Shown in pieces: positions 19,961-29,503 of a DNA stretch of 64,000 nucleotides. Positions within the stretch are counted from its first letter, which is position 1. Every line of letters starts with the position of its first letter. This stretch comes from an uncultured Chloroflexia bacterium. GTDB taxonomy: Bacteria > Chloroflexota > Limnocylindria > QHBO01. Both the position numbers and the translations under genes were made by a program. The notes under the pieces were generated by a model, which was not told the DNA's origin, searched no databases, and saw only the letters and a list, made by a program, of their open reading frames with translations. The stretch is from the NCBI GenBank assembly GCA_963814375.1, contig CAWFCQ010000006.1:32001-96000 (forward strand), written 5' to 3'.

Positions 19961-20404
19961 ATGCTCCAGCCGATCAGGGTGGGACACGTGGTGCTCAAGG
20001 TCCGCGATCTTGATCGATCCCTCGCGTTTTACCGTGACACGCTGGGCTTTCGCGTTGCGAGCGAGATGAGCAACGTGATGATCTTCCTCACCGCCACCGG
20101 CGAGAACCACCACGACCTCGCGCTGCTGCGCGTCGGCGACTCGGCGCCGTCGCCGGTGCCGACCGCGGTCGGCCTGTACCACGTCGCCGTCCAGCTGGCC
20201 GACTGGGAGGCTGTCAAGCGCGCGCATGGCGTGCTCTCCGAGCGTGGACTTCTGAAGGGCAGCGCCGACCATGGCGTGACGCGCAGCCTCTACACCGCCG
20301 ACCCGGACGGCAACGAGATCGAGCTCTACTGCGACGCCCCCCGCGAGGAGTGGGAGGGACGGGTCGACGCGGTCATGACCGTGCGGCCGCTCGCCCTCGA
20401 CTGA
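19961..20404 (+). CDS. VOC/glyoxalase family protein
   Basis: GHVVLKV.D...S..FY, HHDLAL, GLYHVA, DHG..SLY..DPDGNEIE. Confidence 0.9.
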   Translation: MLQPIRVGHVVLKVRDLDRSLAFYRDTLGFRVASEMSNVMIFLTATGENHHDLALLRVGDSAPSPVPTAVGLYHVAVQLADWEAVKRAHGVLSERGLLKGSADHGVTRSLYTADPDGNEIELYCDAPREEWEGRVDAVMTVRPLALD

Positions 20405-20461
20405 TCGGCACGCAGCCGGCGGCCCGGTCCCGGCGGCACGAGGCTTGCGTCCCAGACGGGC

Positions 20462-21473
20462 ATGCCGTTCCTCCCGGTCGTTCTGATCGTCGTCTGGCAG
20501 GCGCTGAGCCGCTCCGCCTCCTTCGCCCTGGGCTGGGCCACCGCGCTGTACTTCGGCCAGGTCCCCGGCCGCCCCGGCCGCATCCTGTCGGTGATCAGCC
20601 TGCTGGCCGCGGGCTGGGTCATCCTGCTCATCGGCTTCGCGATCCCGATTTTCGGCGGCGCTGCTCCTCGAGGCCCTCGGCCTCATCGACGAGAACTTCG
20701 ACCTCGAGCCGATCCACTACCTCGGCCTCATGGCGGCGGTGGTCGCCATCCCGCTCTTCGTCGCCGGATCGGTCGTGTACGGCGAGTTCGAGGAGGAGAA
20801 GTCGACCGGCGCCTGGGTCCGCCTCCTGCCGGTCAGCTACCCGGCAACCTTCATGCTCGGCGTCTCGGTCCTCCTCATGGTCGTCATCACCCCGTTCCTG
20901 CTCTTCCAGCGCTGGCGGCAGAAGCGAGCCTTCGTCCAGGTGCCGGTCATCCAGCGCGAGGGGTCCGACGACGATCTGCTCGACGCGGTCGGCGCCGCGC
21001 TGAAGCAGGTCGGGATCGAGAAGGTCGCGGCTCGCGAGGCTGAAGGTCCCAAGTCGTGGCCGATGCGCACGGTGGCGTTTGCCACCAAGCACTTCCTCGG
21101 CGCCGTCGTTCGTGGCAAGCCGATCGAGCTGGCGGCCGACGGCCTGGAGATCTATGTCTACGCCACCAACGTCTCGATCCTGGGGCCGAAGGAGGACGTC
21201 TTCCGCGCGCGCGCTGCGATCGAGCGCGAGCTCGCCTTCGCCGATGCGTACATCACCTGGAACGAGGAGGCGCAGGGCTTCGAGCGCGAGCTGATGGAGG
21301 CGCACGCCGCCGCCAACGGCGACCACGCCGGCCTCGAGCGCCGCCTCGACGAGATCCAGGGACGAATCGACGCGGCCAGCCTCAACAGCGAGGAGTGGAA
21401 CGTCCTCTATCGGCTGAGGCTCCAGGTCGCCGATCGCGCCGGCCGTCACGAGGTGGCGAAGACGCGCCACTAG
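20462..21473 (+). CDS. Hypothetical membrane protein, frameshift near 20660 (probable sequencing indel)
   Basis: Hydrophobic protein continues in another frame (LLLEALGLIDENF...). Confidence 0.6.
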
Positions 21474-21482
21474 GATGGCGCG

Positions 21483-22649
21483 ATGCGAGCCCTCCGCCGC
21501 ATCGGCCTCGCGCTGCTGGTGCTGGTCGTCATCCTCGTCGCGTGGGAGCCGTCGCGAGTCGCGATCCAGACCGCGGTGCTGCTCCCGAACATGCTCGACG
21601 CCGGGCCGAAGCCGCTCAACCTGCTGACTGCGGCGCCCAGCCGGTCGAGCGTGGAGTACCGACCAGCGGCGGATGGGAATCCTCCGGACCAGGCTGAGCT
21701 GTGGCTGCCGGCGGGAGCATCCGCGGAGCGCCCGGCAGGAGCCATCCTCCTCGTCTTCGGCGTCAACAACCTCGGTCGCAACCACCCGGCCATCGTCCGC
21801 GTCGCCGATGGCCTGGCGCGAACGGGAGTCGCGGTGCTCGTCCCCGACTCACAGACGCTCCTCGAAGGGAGCCTGACGGTCGGTGAGATCGACGGCGTCG
21901 TACGTGCCTTCGAGCTGCTTGCCGCCCGGCCTGAGGTCGACCCGGAGCGCATCGGCATCGTCGGCTTCAGCGTCGGCGGATCGCTCGCGCTGCTGGCGGC
22001 CGGCGACCCGCGCATCGCGTCCGACGTGCGATGGGTGAACGCGTTCGGCGCATTCGCCGATGCCTCGACTTACCTCGCCTCGGTGGCCGCCCACGCCTAC
22101 CGCGATGCCGATGGCGCTTCGGTCGCCTGGGAGCCAACACCGCTCGCGCGCGAGGTCTTCCTCCGCTTCGTGCTCGCCCAGGTGCCCGACGATGACGATC
22201 GACTGCTGCTGGAGGGCGCCTTCTCTGTGCCGATCCTCGCCGGGGAGCGACCGGTGGCCGACGCAGCGCTGCGCGAGTCGCTCACCACCGACGCCTCCCG
22301 GGCGGTCCACGACCTGGTGACCGCCGCGGACCTCGAAGCCGCCGCCCAGGCGATCGACGCGTTGCCTGCGGCGAGCCTTGCGTTCATCGACGCGATCTCG
22401 CCGATCCGCCACCTCGACGGTTTCTCCGCGGGGGTTCACCTGATGCACGAGACCGAGGATCACCACGTCCCATACGTCGAGACGCGAGCGCTCGCATCGG
22501 CGTATGAGCAGGCCGGGCTGCTGCGGGAGCACACCGAGTTCCGGCTCTTCGACCACGTCCAGCCGGACGATCTCGACCTGCTCGCGGCTGCACCGGAGCT
22601 CTGGAAGCTGCTGCTCCACGTGCGCACCCTGCTGGAGGAGTCGCTCTAG
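21483..22649 (+). CDS. Exported alpha/beta hydrolase-fold protein
   Basis: RPEVDPERIGIVGFSVGG, DHHVP; N-terminal TM. Confidence 0.75.
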   Translation: MRALRRIGLALLVLVVILVAWEPSRVAIQTAVLLPNMLDAGPKPLNLLTAAPSRSSVEYRPAADGNPPDQAELWLPAGASAERPAGAILLVFGVNNLGRNHPAIVRVADGLARTGVAVLVPDSQTLLEGSLTVGEIDGVVRAFELLAARPEVDPERIGIVGFSVGGSLALLAAGDPRIASDVRWVNAFGAFADASTYLASVAAHAYRDADGASVAWEPTPLAREVFLRFVLAQVPDDDDRLLLEGAFSVPILAGERPVADAALRESLTTDASRAVHDLVTAADLEAAAQAIDALPAASLAFIDAISPIRHLDGFSAGVHLMHETEDHHVPYVETRALASAYEQAGLLREHTEFRLFDHVQPDDLDLLAAAPELWKLLLHVRTLLEESL

Positions 22650-23494
22650 CCCGCGACGACGAGGGCCACCGCCACCAGGGCCAAACCGAGGCCGGCTGCC
22701 TGCGGGCGGTGAATCGGCTCTCGCAGGACGGTGGCGGCCAGGAGGACCGTGAAGGCGGGATACAGCGACGAGAGGACTGACGCCACCGCCAGGAGCCCGG
22801 ACTGCGTGGCCAGGAGGAACAGCACCGATGCCGCAGCGGCCAGTGCGCCGACGATCACGCCGCTCGCGCTCGAGACGTCGCGCGGCACCCAGCTCTGCCG
22901 CATGACCACGGCCAGACCGATGACGGCGGGGATCGAGCTGGCCTCGGCCATCGCCAGCGGTGCGATCCCCGCGGAGCCCGGCACCTGTCCCAGCGCCGAG
23001 AACATGAGCCCGAATCCGAGTCCGGCCAGGAGCCCGTCGACGACGCCGCTCCCGAGCCGCGATGGGCTGCGTCCTTCGGCGCCTTGATCATCGCCGGTCG
23101 AGACGAGCCAGATGGCCGGCAGCGCGAGCCCGATGCCGACCCAGGTGAGCAGCGGCGGCCGCTCGCCGGTGACGATGCCCACGAGCACCGGCAGCAGCGC
23201 GGCCCCAACCGCGGAGAGCGGCGCGACGACGCCCATGCGTCCGGTCGCGAGGCCGCGGTAGAGGAACGCCGTGCCCGTGCCGGTGCCGATGCCCGCGAGC
23301 GCTCCCCAAGCCAGGTCGGCTGTCGTCGGACGGCCGCCGCCGACCATGGCCGCCACACCCATGAGCACCAATGCGGCGACCTGGGTCACGAGCGCCAGCG
23401 GCCATACCGATGTCCGCCGCGCCAGGAGGCCCCCCAGGAAGTCCGATAGCCCGTAGAGCGCGGCGGACCCGAGGGCCAGGACGACGGTCAGCAC
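22646..23494 (-). CDS. EamA/DMT family transporter
   Basis: 10 TM; YG.SDF.GG, GERP, SLYP..TVLLA..VLRE. Confidence 0.88.
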   Translation of the reverse strand: MLTVVLALGSAALYGLSDFLGGLLARRTSVWPLALVTQVAALVLMGVAAMVGGGRPTTADLAWGALAGIGTGTGTAFLYRGLATGRMGVVAPLSAVGAALLPVLVGIVTGERPPLLTWVGIGLALPAIWLVSTGDDQGAEGRSPSRLGSGVVDGLLAGLGFGLMFSALGQVPGSAGIAPLAMAEASSIPAVIGLAVVMRQSWVPRDVSSASGVIVGALAAAASVLFLLATQSGLLAVASVLSSLYPAFTVLLAATVLREPIHRPQAAGLGLALVAVALVVAG

Positions 23495-23507
23495 CTCGGC
23501 GCGCGGG

Positions 23508-23654
23508 CTAGCGAGGCCCGCCGAACAGCGCCAGCGACCCGAAGATGAGCAGGACGCCGACCAACACGACGAGCACTCGCCCCAGCCACGGATTGCGACG
23601 AGCTGGCAGCGGCTGATACGGACGACCGCGCCGCCGCCGCTGCGAGCGGCTCAC
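23508..23654 (-). CDS. Small basic single-TM protein
   Basis: GTGA overlap with upstream stop; SRSQRRRRGRPY...hydrophobic C-terminus. Confidence 0.55.
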   Translation of the reverse strand: MSRSQRRRRGRPYQPLPARRNPWLGRVLVVLVGVLLIFGSLALFGGPR

Positions 23655-24115
23655 GTGACACCCCAGGTGCGACGGAAGAGAAATGGCACCGTCAGCGCCT
23701 CCCGGCTCGAGACCGATCGCAGCTGCTTCCGCGTCCGCTTGAGGAGCTTCCCGTGGTACGTGCCGTCCCCGTACGGCTCGAGGAGGCGTGCAACGTCCCA
23801 CTCGCGCACGCCGGCCACCGTGGCCTCCGGCAGCCAGCGGTCGAGGATCGCCTTCGCCTCGTCGATCGCCACGAATCGGCGCGAACGCGTGGCGTTGTCG
23901 AGGGTGATGAGCGCGTTCTCGAAGCTCACATCGACGTCCTCCACCAGGGTCGTCAGCCGCTCCATGGTCCCCGGCATCCGTTCCGGCTTGAAGAGCCCGG
24001 TCAGCAGGGTCCGCCGGTCGGGCGTGGGGAGCGTCTCGAGCACGGGTCGGAGACTCGGGACGCCGGCCGCGTCATCGGCGGCGGGCACGTCGTAATCGTA
24101 GAGGCGGACCATCAT
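23651..24115 (-). CDS. Hypothetical protein
   Basis: Coding-like composition; TAGGAT upstream. Confidence 0.6.
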   Translation of the reverse strand: MMVRLYDYDVPAADDAAGVPSLRPVLETLPTPDRRTLLTGLFKPERMPGTMERLTTLVEDVDVSFENALITLDNATRSRRFVAIDEAKAILDRWLPEATVAGVREWDVARLLEPYGDGTYHGKLLKRTRKQLRSVSSREALTVPFLFRRTWGVT

Positions 24116-24207
24116 CGGTCCGGTGATCCTAGCCCGGGCATCGGCGGGACTACAATTCGGCACGCCCCGATGGGCGCCCACACCCCGCTCCGGAGGCTCT
24201 TCCTCGT

Positions 24208-25008
24208 ATGCTCCTCGAAGGCAAGAAGCTGCTCATCACCGGCGTCCTGACCGACGACAGCATCGCGTTCTCCGTGGCGAGGGTGGCCCAGGAGCAGGGG
24301 GCCGAGATCCTCCTCACGAACGTCGGGAAGGGCGTGCGGCTGACCGAGCGCGTCGCGAGGAAGCTGCCGACCACACCCGACGTGATGCAGATGGACGTCA
24401 ACGCGCCCGACGACGTGAGCGCCATCGCCGAGGAGCTGACGCGCCGATGGGGCCGCGTCGACGGCGTGCTCCACGGGATCGCGTTCGCGCCGCAGGACGC
24501 ACTCGGCGGCAACTTCCTGACCGCGCCGTGGGAAAGCGTGGCGATCGCGTTCCAGACATCGGCCTATTCGCTCAAGGCGCTGGCGACGGGCCTGCTCGAG
24601 CCGCTCAAGGTGGCCGGCGCGGACGGTGGAGCATCGGTCGTGAGCCTCACCTTCGACGGGCGCGTGGCCTGGCCGATCTACGACTGGATGGGCGTGGCCA
24701 AGGCCGGCCTCGAGGCGACCACCCGCTACCTGGCGCGTGACCTCGGCGAGCACAGCATCCGCGTCAACACCGTCTCGGCCGGGCCGATCCGCACGATGGC
24801 GGGCAAGAGCATTCCGGGCTTCGACGCCATCGCCGGCTCGTGGGCAACCCGCGCTCCGCTGGCGTGGTCACTGACCGACGCCACCCCGGTCGGCGAGATG
24901 TGCTGCTTCCTGCTCAGCGACATGGCGTCGATGACGACCGGCGAGATGATCCACGTCGACGGCGGTTATCACGCGCTGGGCGCCGACTTCAAGACCTCGG
25001 CAGAGTAA
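24208..25008 (+). CDS. fabI: Enoyl-ACP reductase (InhA-like)
   Basis: LLEGKKLLITGV...SIAF, YDWMGVAKA, AGPIRT.A, IHVDGG. Confidence 0.95.
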   Translation: MLLEGKKLLITGVLTDDSIAFSVARVAQEQGAEILLTNVGKGVRLTERVARKLPTTPDVMQMDVNAPDDVSAIAEELTRRWGRVDGVLHGIAFAPQDALGGNFLTAPWESVAIAFQTSAYSLKALATGLLEPLKVAGADGGASVVSLTFDGRVAWPIYDWMGVAKAGLEATTRYLARDLGEHSIRVNTVSAGPIRTMAGKSIPGFDAIAGSWATRAPLAWSLTDATPVGEMCCFLLSDMASMTTGEMIHVDGGYHALGADFKTSAE

Positions 25009-25754
25009 GCGCGCCTCGCCTGCGGTTGCACCCCGCGCGATGCATCCGACGCCGACTCCAGGTCCAGCAGGAACCGCTTCGCGGGCAGCCCGCCGCCGTA
25101 GCCGCCGAGGCCGCCGCCACTTGCGACCACGCGATGGCAGGGAATGATGATCGCCAGCCGGTTCGACCCGTTGGCGCGGCCCACCGCGCGCCAGGCGTTC
25201 CCCGCCTCGACGCGCGCGGCCAGCTCGCGGTACGCGATCGTCTCCCCGTAGGGAATCCGCCTCAGCTCGCCCCAGACTCGCTCCTGGAAGCCGCTTCCCG
25301 GCGTGCGCAGCGGCAGGTCGAACTCCTCCCGCCTCGCCGTGAAGTACTCGCCCAGCTGGCGCTCCGCGCGTTGCAGCAGCGGCGAGTCGCCCTCTGTCGT
25401 CGGACCGATGCGACGGCGGACCGACGCGAGCTGCGCGGGCATCATCCGTCGATCCGAGAAGTCGGCGAGGACGAGTGCATCGTCGGTGGCGCCGATCGTC
25501 ATCGGCCCGATCGGCGTGTCGATGTGGCGGAGCGTGACGGGCATCGCGTCGTCGGGATGGCATCGCAGGCAGGCGCGATACCCGTCCGCGCGTGCCGCGG
25601 CCGCATCGGCCATGAAGGTCACGTTCCTCGGCAGGGGCTTGCGGACGCGGCAGGATGGCCGGCAATAGATGCCGGTCGTTCGGACGGCGGCGACGAAGCG
25701 GCCGTCGTAGGTGGGGTCGGAGGCGGCGAAGGCTCGCTCGAACTCGATGGTCAT
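24969..25754 (-). CDS. Ada zinc domain fused to O6-methylguanine-DNA methyltransferase
   Basis: TTGIYCRPSC...ACLRC; IPCHRV; GYGGG. Confidence 0.92.
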   Translation of the reverse strand: MTIEFERAFAASDPTYDGRFVAAVRTTGIYCRPSCRVRKPLPRNVTFMADAAAARADGYRACLRCHPDDAMPVTLRHIDTPIGPMTIGATDDALVLADFSDRRMMPAQLASVRRRIGPTTEGDSPLLQRAERQLGEYFTARREEFDLPLRTPGSGFQERVWGELRRIPYGETIAYRELAARVEAGNAWRAVGRANGSNRLAIIIPCHRVVASGGGLGGYGGGLPAKRFLLDLESASDASRGVQPQARRAYSAEVLKSAPSA

Positions 25755-25789
25755 GCTGCTGAAACGCGCCGCCCGTGGACGACGTGAGA

Positions 25790-26197
25790 TCAGGCGTTGC
25801 CAGGGCGCTGGCGCAGGATCAGGTTGACGGTGAACGGGCTGCTGCCGAGCACGTCGTCGCCGGCGCGCATCTCCACCCGATGCCGGCCGATCTCCTCGAT
25901 CTTCATCCCCTTGAGGTCGGCCACGATGTTCGCGGTCGACGCGTTGGGCGGCACCTCGATCCGCAGCCGGGGAGACTGCTGGAGCGATGCCTTCCCGCTC
26001 GGGCCCACGACCTGGATGCTGAGCTCGTGGCTGCCAGGCGTCGCCTCCAGGATGGCGACGATGAAGCATCGGCCATGCGTGGTCGGCAGCCGCGCGATGT
26101 TGATCTGGCTGAAGACGCCGATGGCGCTGATCTTTCCGTCCTGCGCCGTCATGGCGTAGTCGCACATCAGGAGGGTGTGGAGCTGGAGGTCCGCCAT
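25790..26197 (-). CDS. Hypothetical protein (DUF6941-like)
   Basis: LMCDYA...GK.S.IGVF. Confidence 0.65.
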   Translation of the reverse strand: MADLQLHTLLMCDYAMTAQDGKISAIGVFSQINIARLPTTHGRCFIVAILEATPGSHELSIQVVGPSGKASLQQSPRLRIEVPPNASTANIVADLKGMKIEEIGRHRVEMRAGDDVLGSSPFTVNLILRQRPGNA

Positions 26198-26273
26198 TCG
26201 CCTCAGTCTACGGGCTCACCGAAGGCGAGCCGCAGGTACGCGGCCACCCGAGTCATCCGCCGCGGGGAAGCGG

Positions 26274-26636
26274 TCACTTCGTGGCGTAGTGGTCCGCTCC
26301 AAGAAGGTGGATGCTGACGTAGGGCTCGTCGCCGATGACGACCGAGTCGTGCCCCGGCCCGATCTCGAACAGGTCGCCGGGACCGACCTCGACCACGCGG
26401 CCGTCGGTCATCTCGATCCGGTTGCGCCCCGAAACGACGAGCCCGACATGTGCGACCTCGCAGACCGCCTGGCCGAGCCCCTTGCCCACATGCTCGGACC
26501 AGCGCCAACCCGGCTGGTAGGTGGCGCGGCCGAGCGTCATCCCGCCGATCTCGACGAGGTCGAAGCCGCCCAACGGGAAGTCGCGATGCTCGTCGGGATC
26601 GTCGAAGCGGCGGACGCTGGCGACGGACTCGGGCAT
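26274..26636 (-). CDS. Cupin domain protein
   Basis: PGWRWSEH, H.G.V.SG, PGHD..V.GDEP. Confidence 0.85.
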   Translation of the reverse strand: MPESVASVRRFDDPDEHRDFPLGGFDLVEIGGMTLGRATYQPGWRWSEHVGKGLGQAVCEVAHVGLVVSGRNRIEMTDGRVVEVGPGDLFEIGPGHDSVVIGDEPYVSIHLLGADHYATK

Positions 26637-26639
26637 CGG

Positions 26640-27125
26640 TCAGCTTCCCTCGGCATCTTCGGTGTAGAGATCCGGGTCGAGGAGCCAGGCAATCTCGCCG
26701 CCGCCGGGCTCGGGGATCCCGTAGAACTCGAGGCAGGCGAGGCCGCCCTTGCGCATCCGCACCGATGCGGCTCCGCTCAGCTCCACGACCGCGGCCGACA
26801 GGTCCGGCTCGTGGCCGACGAACATCACGCGTCTCGCATCCGGGTGCTCGGCCATCGCGCGAGCCAGGTCACCCCACGAGGCGCCGGGCCGCAGCCGGTC
26901 GTCGGTGATCGGCTGTCCGCCGACCGACTCGCATAGGAGCTCCGCGGTCTGGAGCGCGCGCGGCAGCGGCGAGCTGAGCACCACGTCCGGCCGCAGGTTC
27001 AGCCGACGCCACAGCGGCGAGGCAGCGCGGAGCGCCTCCCGCCCCTTCTCGGTCAGCTCCCGCGCGTCGTCATTCGTCGCTCGCGGCTGGCCGGCCTTCC
27101 CATGCCGCAGGAAGTAGAGGATCAC
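26640..27125 (-). CDS. sixA: Phosphohistidine phosphatase SixA family
   Basis: LRHGKA, D..RELT..G, SSP..RA.QTA, VGHEP. Confidence 0.88.
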   Translation of the reverse strand: MILYFLRHGKAGQPRATNDDARELTEKGREALRAASPLWRRLNLRPDVVLSSPLPRALQTAELLCESVGGQPITDDRLRPGASWGDLARAMAEHPDARRVMFVGHEPDLSAAVVELSGAASVRMRKGGLACLEFYGIPEPGGGEIAWLLDPDLYTEDAEGS

Positions 27126-27535
27126 GCGGTCCCGGCTCGATCGTCATCGTCGCCGCCCCGCGTGCCGCGATGCCCGGCCGCCACTCCGCGGGCGTGGCCG
27201 GTGCGCTGCACGAGCATTCGCCCGCCGTTCGTGGCGCCCGTCTTCGGGAACGTGATCGAGAGGACGCCGTTGCCGTACGTGACGTTGGCGCGCATCGCAT
27301 CAACGGGACAGGGCAGATCGATCGACCGCTCGTACGGACCGTACGACCACTCGCGCACGAGGTACTCGATCCGCTCCTGGCCCTCGCCGTGCTTGCTCGA
27401 GCGGACAGTGAGCTGGCCATCGTCGGTGACGTCGATGCTGATGTTCTCGGGTGAGACGCCCGGCATCGGCGCCACGACCATGAGCTCGCGGTCGTTCTCG
27501 AAGACGTTGATCGGGACGGCGGTCGCATCGGTCAT
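27122..27535 (-). CDS. Hsp20/alpha-crystallin family protein
   Basis: P.NVFE, PMPGV, E..YG..ERSI.LP, YGNGVL.I..PK; AGGAGG RBS. Confidence 0.9.
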   Translation of the reverse strand: MTDATAVPINVFENDRELMVVAPMPGVSPENISIDVTDDGQLTVRSSKHGEGQERIEYLVREWSYGPYERSIDLPCPVDAMRANVTYGNGVLSITFPKTGATNGGRMLVQRTGHARGVAAGHRGTRGGDDDDRAGTA

Positions 27536-27597
27536 GAGTGCTCCTCCTGCAAATCCGATGCTACCCCCCATGATCGGCGCGGCTCTAGAGTTGACGC

Positions 27598-28023
27598 ATG
27601 CAGCGATCGACGACGAACCCCGACGATCACATCGCATCCCTGCCCGATGGCGTCCGCGACGACATCGCCACCCTCGACGCGGCGATCTCCGAAGTGATGG
27701 CGGGGCAGGAGCGCGTCCTGTGGGAGGGGGTCTTCTGGGGAGGCACCGAGCAGCGGATCATCGGCTACGGCTCCTACCACTACAAGGGTCGCAGCGGCGC
27801 CGAGGGCGAGTGGTTCATCGTGGGGCTCGCCGCGCAGAAGAACTACCTCAGCGTCTACGTCAACGCCACCGACGACGGTCAGTCCGTGGCGAAGACCTAC
27901 GCACCGCGCCTCGGAAAGGTGAAGGCCAGCAGCGCGAACCTCCAGTTCAAGCGCGTGGCCGACATCGACCTCGACGTGCTGCGCGAGATCGTGACCCGCG
28001 CCCGGGAGCTCAACGCGGCATGA
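27598..28023 (+). CDS. DUF1801 protein
   Basis: IIGYG.YHY, WFIVGLAAQKNY.S.Y. Confidence 0.8.
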   Translation: MQRSTTNPDDHIASLPDGVRDDIATLDAAISEVMAGQERVLWEGVFWGGTEQRIIGYGSYHYKGRSGAEGEWFIVGLAAQKNYLSVYVNATDDGQSVAKTYAPRLGKVKASSANLQFKRVADIDLDVLREIVTRARELNAA

Positions 28024-28073
28024 GCGCATCTCGATTGGTCGTCGTGGGTCATCCAGAGGGCGTTATGTACGGT

Positions 28074-28206
28074 CAGATTCACATGAGGCGTGCGTTACGC
28101 GGCCACGCGAGCGACGAACGGTCATCGCGAGCCTCTGCTGCACACGCGGTGTGAATCTGGACTCTTCGGCGCGCCGAACCGCGCGTAACGCACGCCTGGC
28201 GTGAAT
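28074..28206. repeat. Inverted-repeat (REP/MITE-like) intergenic structure
   Basis: Perfect 16-bp IR aggcgtgcgttacgcg (28086-28101)/cgcgtaacgcacgcct (28182-28197) plus cagattcaca/tgtgaatctg. Confidence 0.7.
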
Positions 28207-28226
28207 TCGGGCGCTTCGCGGGGGCG

Positions 28227-29450
28227 TCAGTCCGGGAAGGCCTCCGGGCCGCGTTCGGAGAGCTCGCGAGCGTGCTCGTGCGAGTCGTCCGGCGGGATCC
28301 ACGAGTACGGGTATCGGTCGTCCTCGAGCTCCGACGCCTGCTTCGTGAGATGGAGCGGGTGGAACGTGTCGATCATGACCGCCAGCTCCTCGGTCGCCTC
28401 CTTGCCGATCGACGCCTCGACCGATCCCGGGTGCGGGCCATGGGGAATGCCGGCCGGATGGATCGTGAAGGACGAGATGTCGACCCCGCGGCGCGACATG
28501 AAGTTGCCGGCTACGTAGTAGATGACCTCGTCGGAGTTGATGTTCGAGTGGTTATAGGGGGCGGGAATCGCGAGCGGGTGGTAGTCGAACTTGCGGGGGA
28601 CGAACGAGCAGATCACGTAGTTGCGGGGCTGGAAGGTGAGGTGCACCGGCGGCGGCTGGTGGACGCGCCCGGTGATCGGCTCGAAGTCGCCGATGTTGAA
28701 GGCGAACGGCCACAGGTGCCCGTCCCAGCCAACCAGATCGAACGGGTGATGGTGGTAGTGGTAGGCCGTGACGCGGCCGCGGGTCTTGACCTCGATGACG
28801 TAGTCGCCCTCGTCGAGGATGGGCGCCATCTCGGCCGGCGGGCGGATGTCGCGCTCGCAGTACGGCGAGTGCTCGAGCAGCTGGCCGAAGTCGTTGCGGT
28901 AGCGCTTCGGCGGCACGATGGCCGACGGAGACTCCGCCCACAGCATGCGCTGATCGCCGGATGACGGCCGCAGACGGAACGTCGTGCCGATCGGGATGAC
29001 GAGGTAGTCGCCCGGCCCGTAGTCGATCGGCCCGAAGTTCGTCTCCAGGGTGCCCGTCCCGGTGTGGACGAAGTACATCTCATCGGCCTCGCCGTTGCGG
29101 TAATACCGCTCCATCGGCTCAGCCGGCAGGACCACGCCGAAGGTGACGTCCCCGTTGTAGAAGAGCGGTACGCGCCCGCTGACCCCGTCACCCTTCGGCT
29201 CGAGATCCTTGGTGTTGACGAGCCGATGCCGATGCGCTCCCGACGCCTCGTCGTCGCTCTGCTCGAGCCGGACGTCGCGGACCTTCTCGACCTGGTGCGT
29301 CTGCGTCGGCGGCGTGTGGTGGTAGAGCAGGCTGGCGCGCCCGCTGAAGCCCTCGATGCCGAAGAGCTCCTCCGCGTAGAGGCCGCCGTCGGGCTTGCGG
29401 AACTGGGTGTGGCGCTTGTGCGGGATCTCGCCACGCTGGAGGTAGAACAT
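28227..29450 (-). CDS. hmgA: Homogentisate 1,2-dioxygenase
   Basis: P.KRHTQF, HPFDLVGWDG, HQPPPVH, PYNHSN..SDE, HGPHP. Confidence 0.92.
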   Translation of the reverse strand: MFYLQRGEIPHKRHTQFRKPDGGLYAEELFGIEGFSGRASLLYHHTPPTQTHQVEKVRDVRLEQSDDEASGAHRHRLVNTKDLEPKGDGVSGRVPLFYNGDVTFGVVLPAEPMERYYRNGEADEMYFVHTGTGTLETNFGPIDYGPGDYLVIPIGTTFRLRPSSGDQRMLWAESPSAIVPPKRYRNDFGQLLEHSPYCERDIRPPAEMAPILDEGDYVIEVKTRGRVTAYHYHHHPFDLVGWDGHLWPFAFNIGDFEPITGRVHQPPPVHLTFQPRNYVICSFVPRKFDYHPLAIPAPYNHSNINSDEVIYYVAGNFMSRRGVDISSFTIHPAGIPHGPHPGSVEASIGKEATEELAVMIDTFHPLHLTKQASELEDDRYPYSWIPPDDSHEHARELSERGPEAFPD

Positions 29451-29503
29451 CGGCCCCATTATGGCCGCGCATCCGTGGCCGATGCCTTGCACTCCCGGCC
29501 GGC

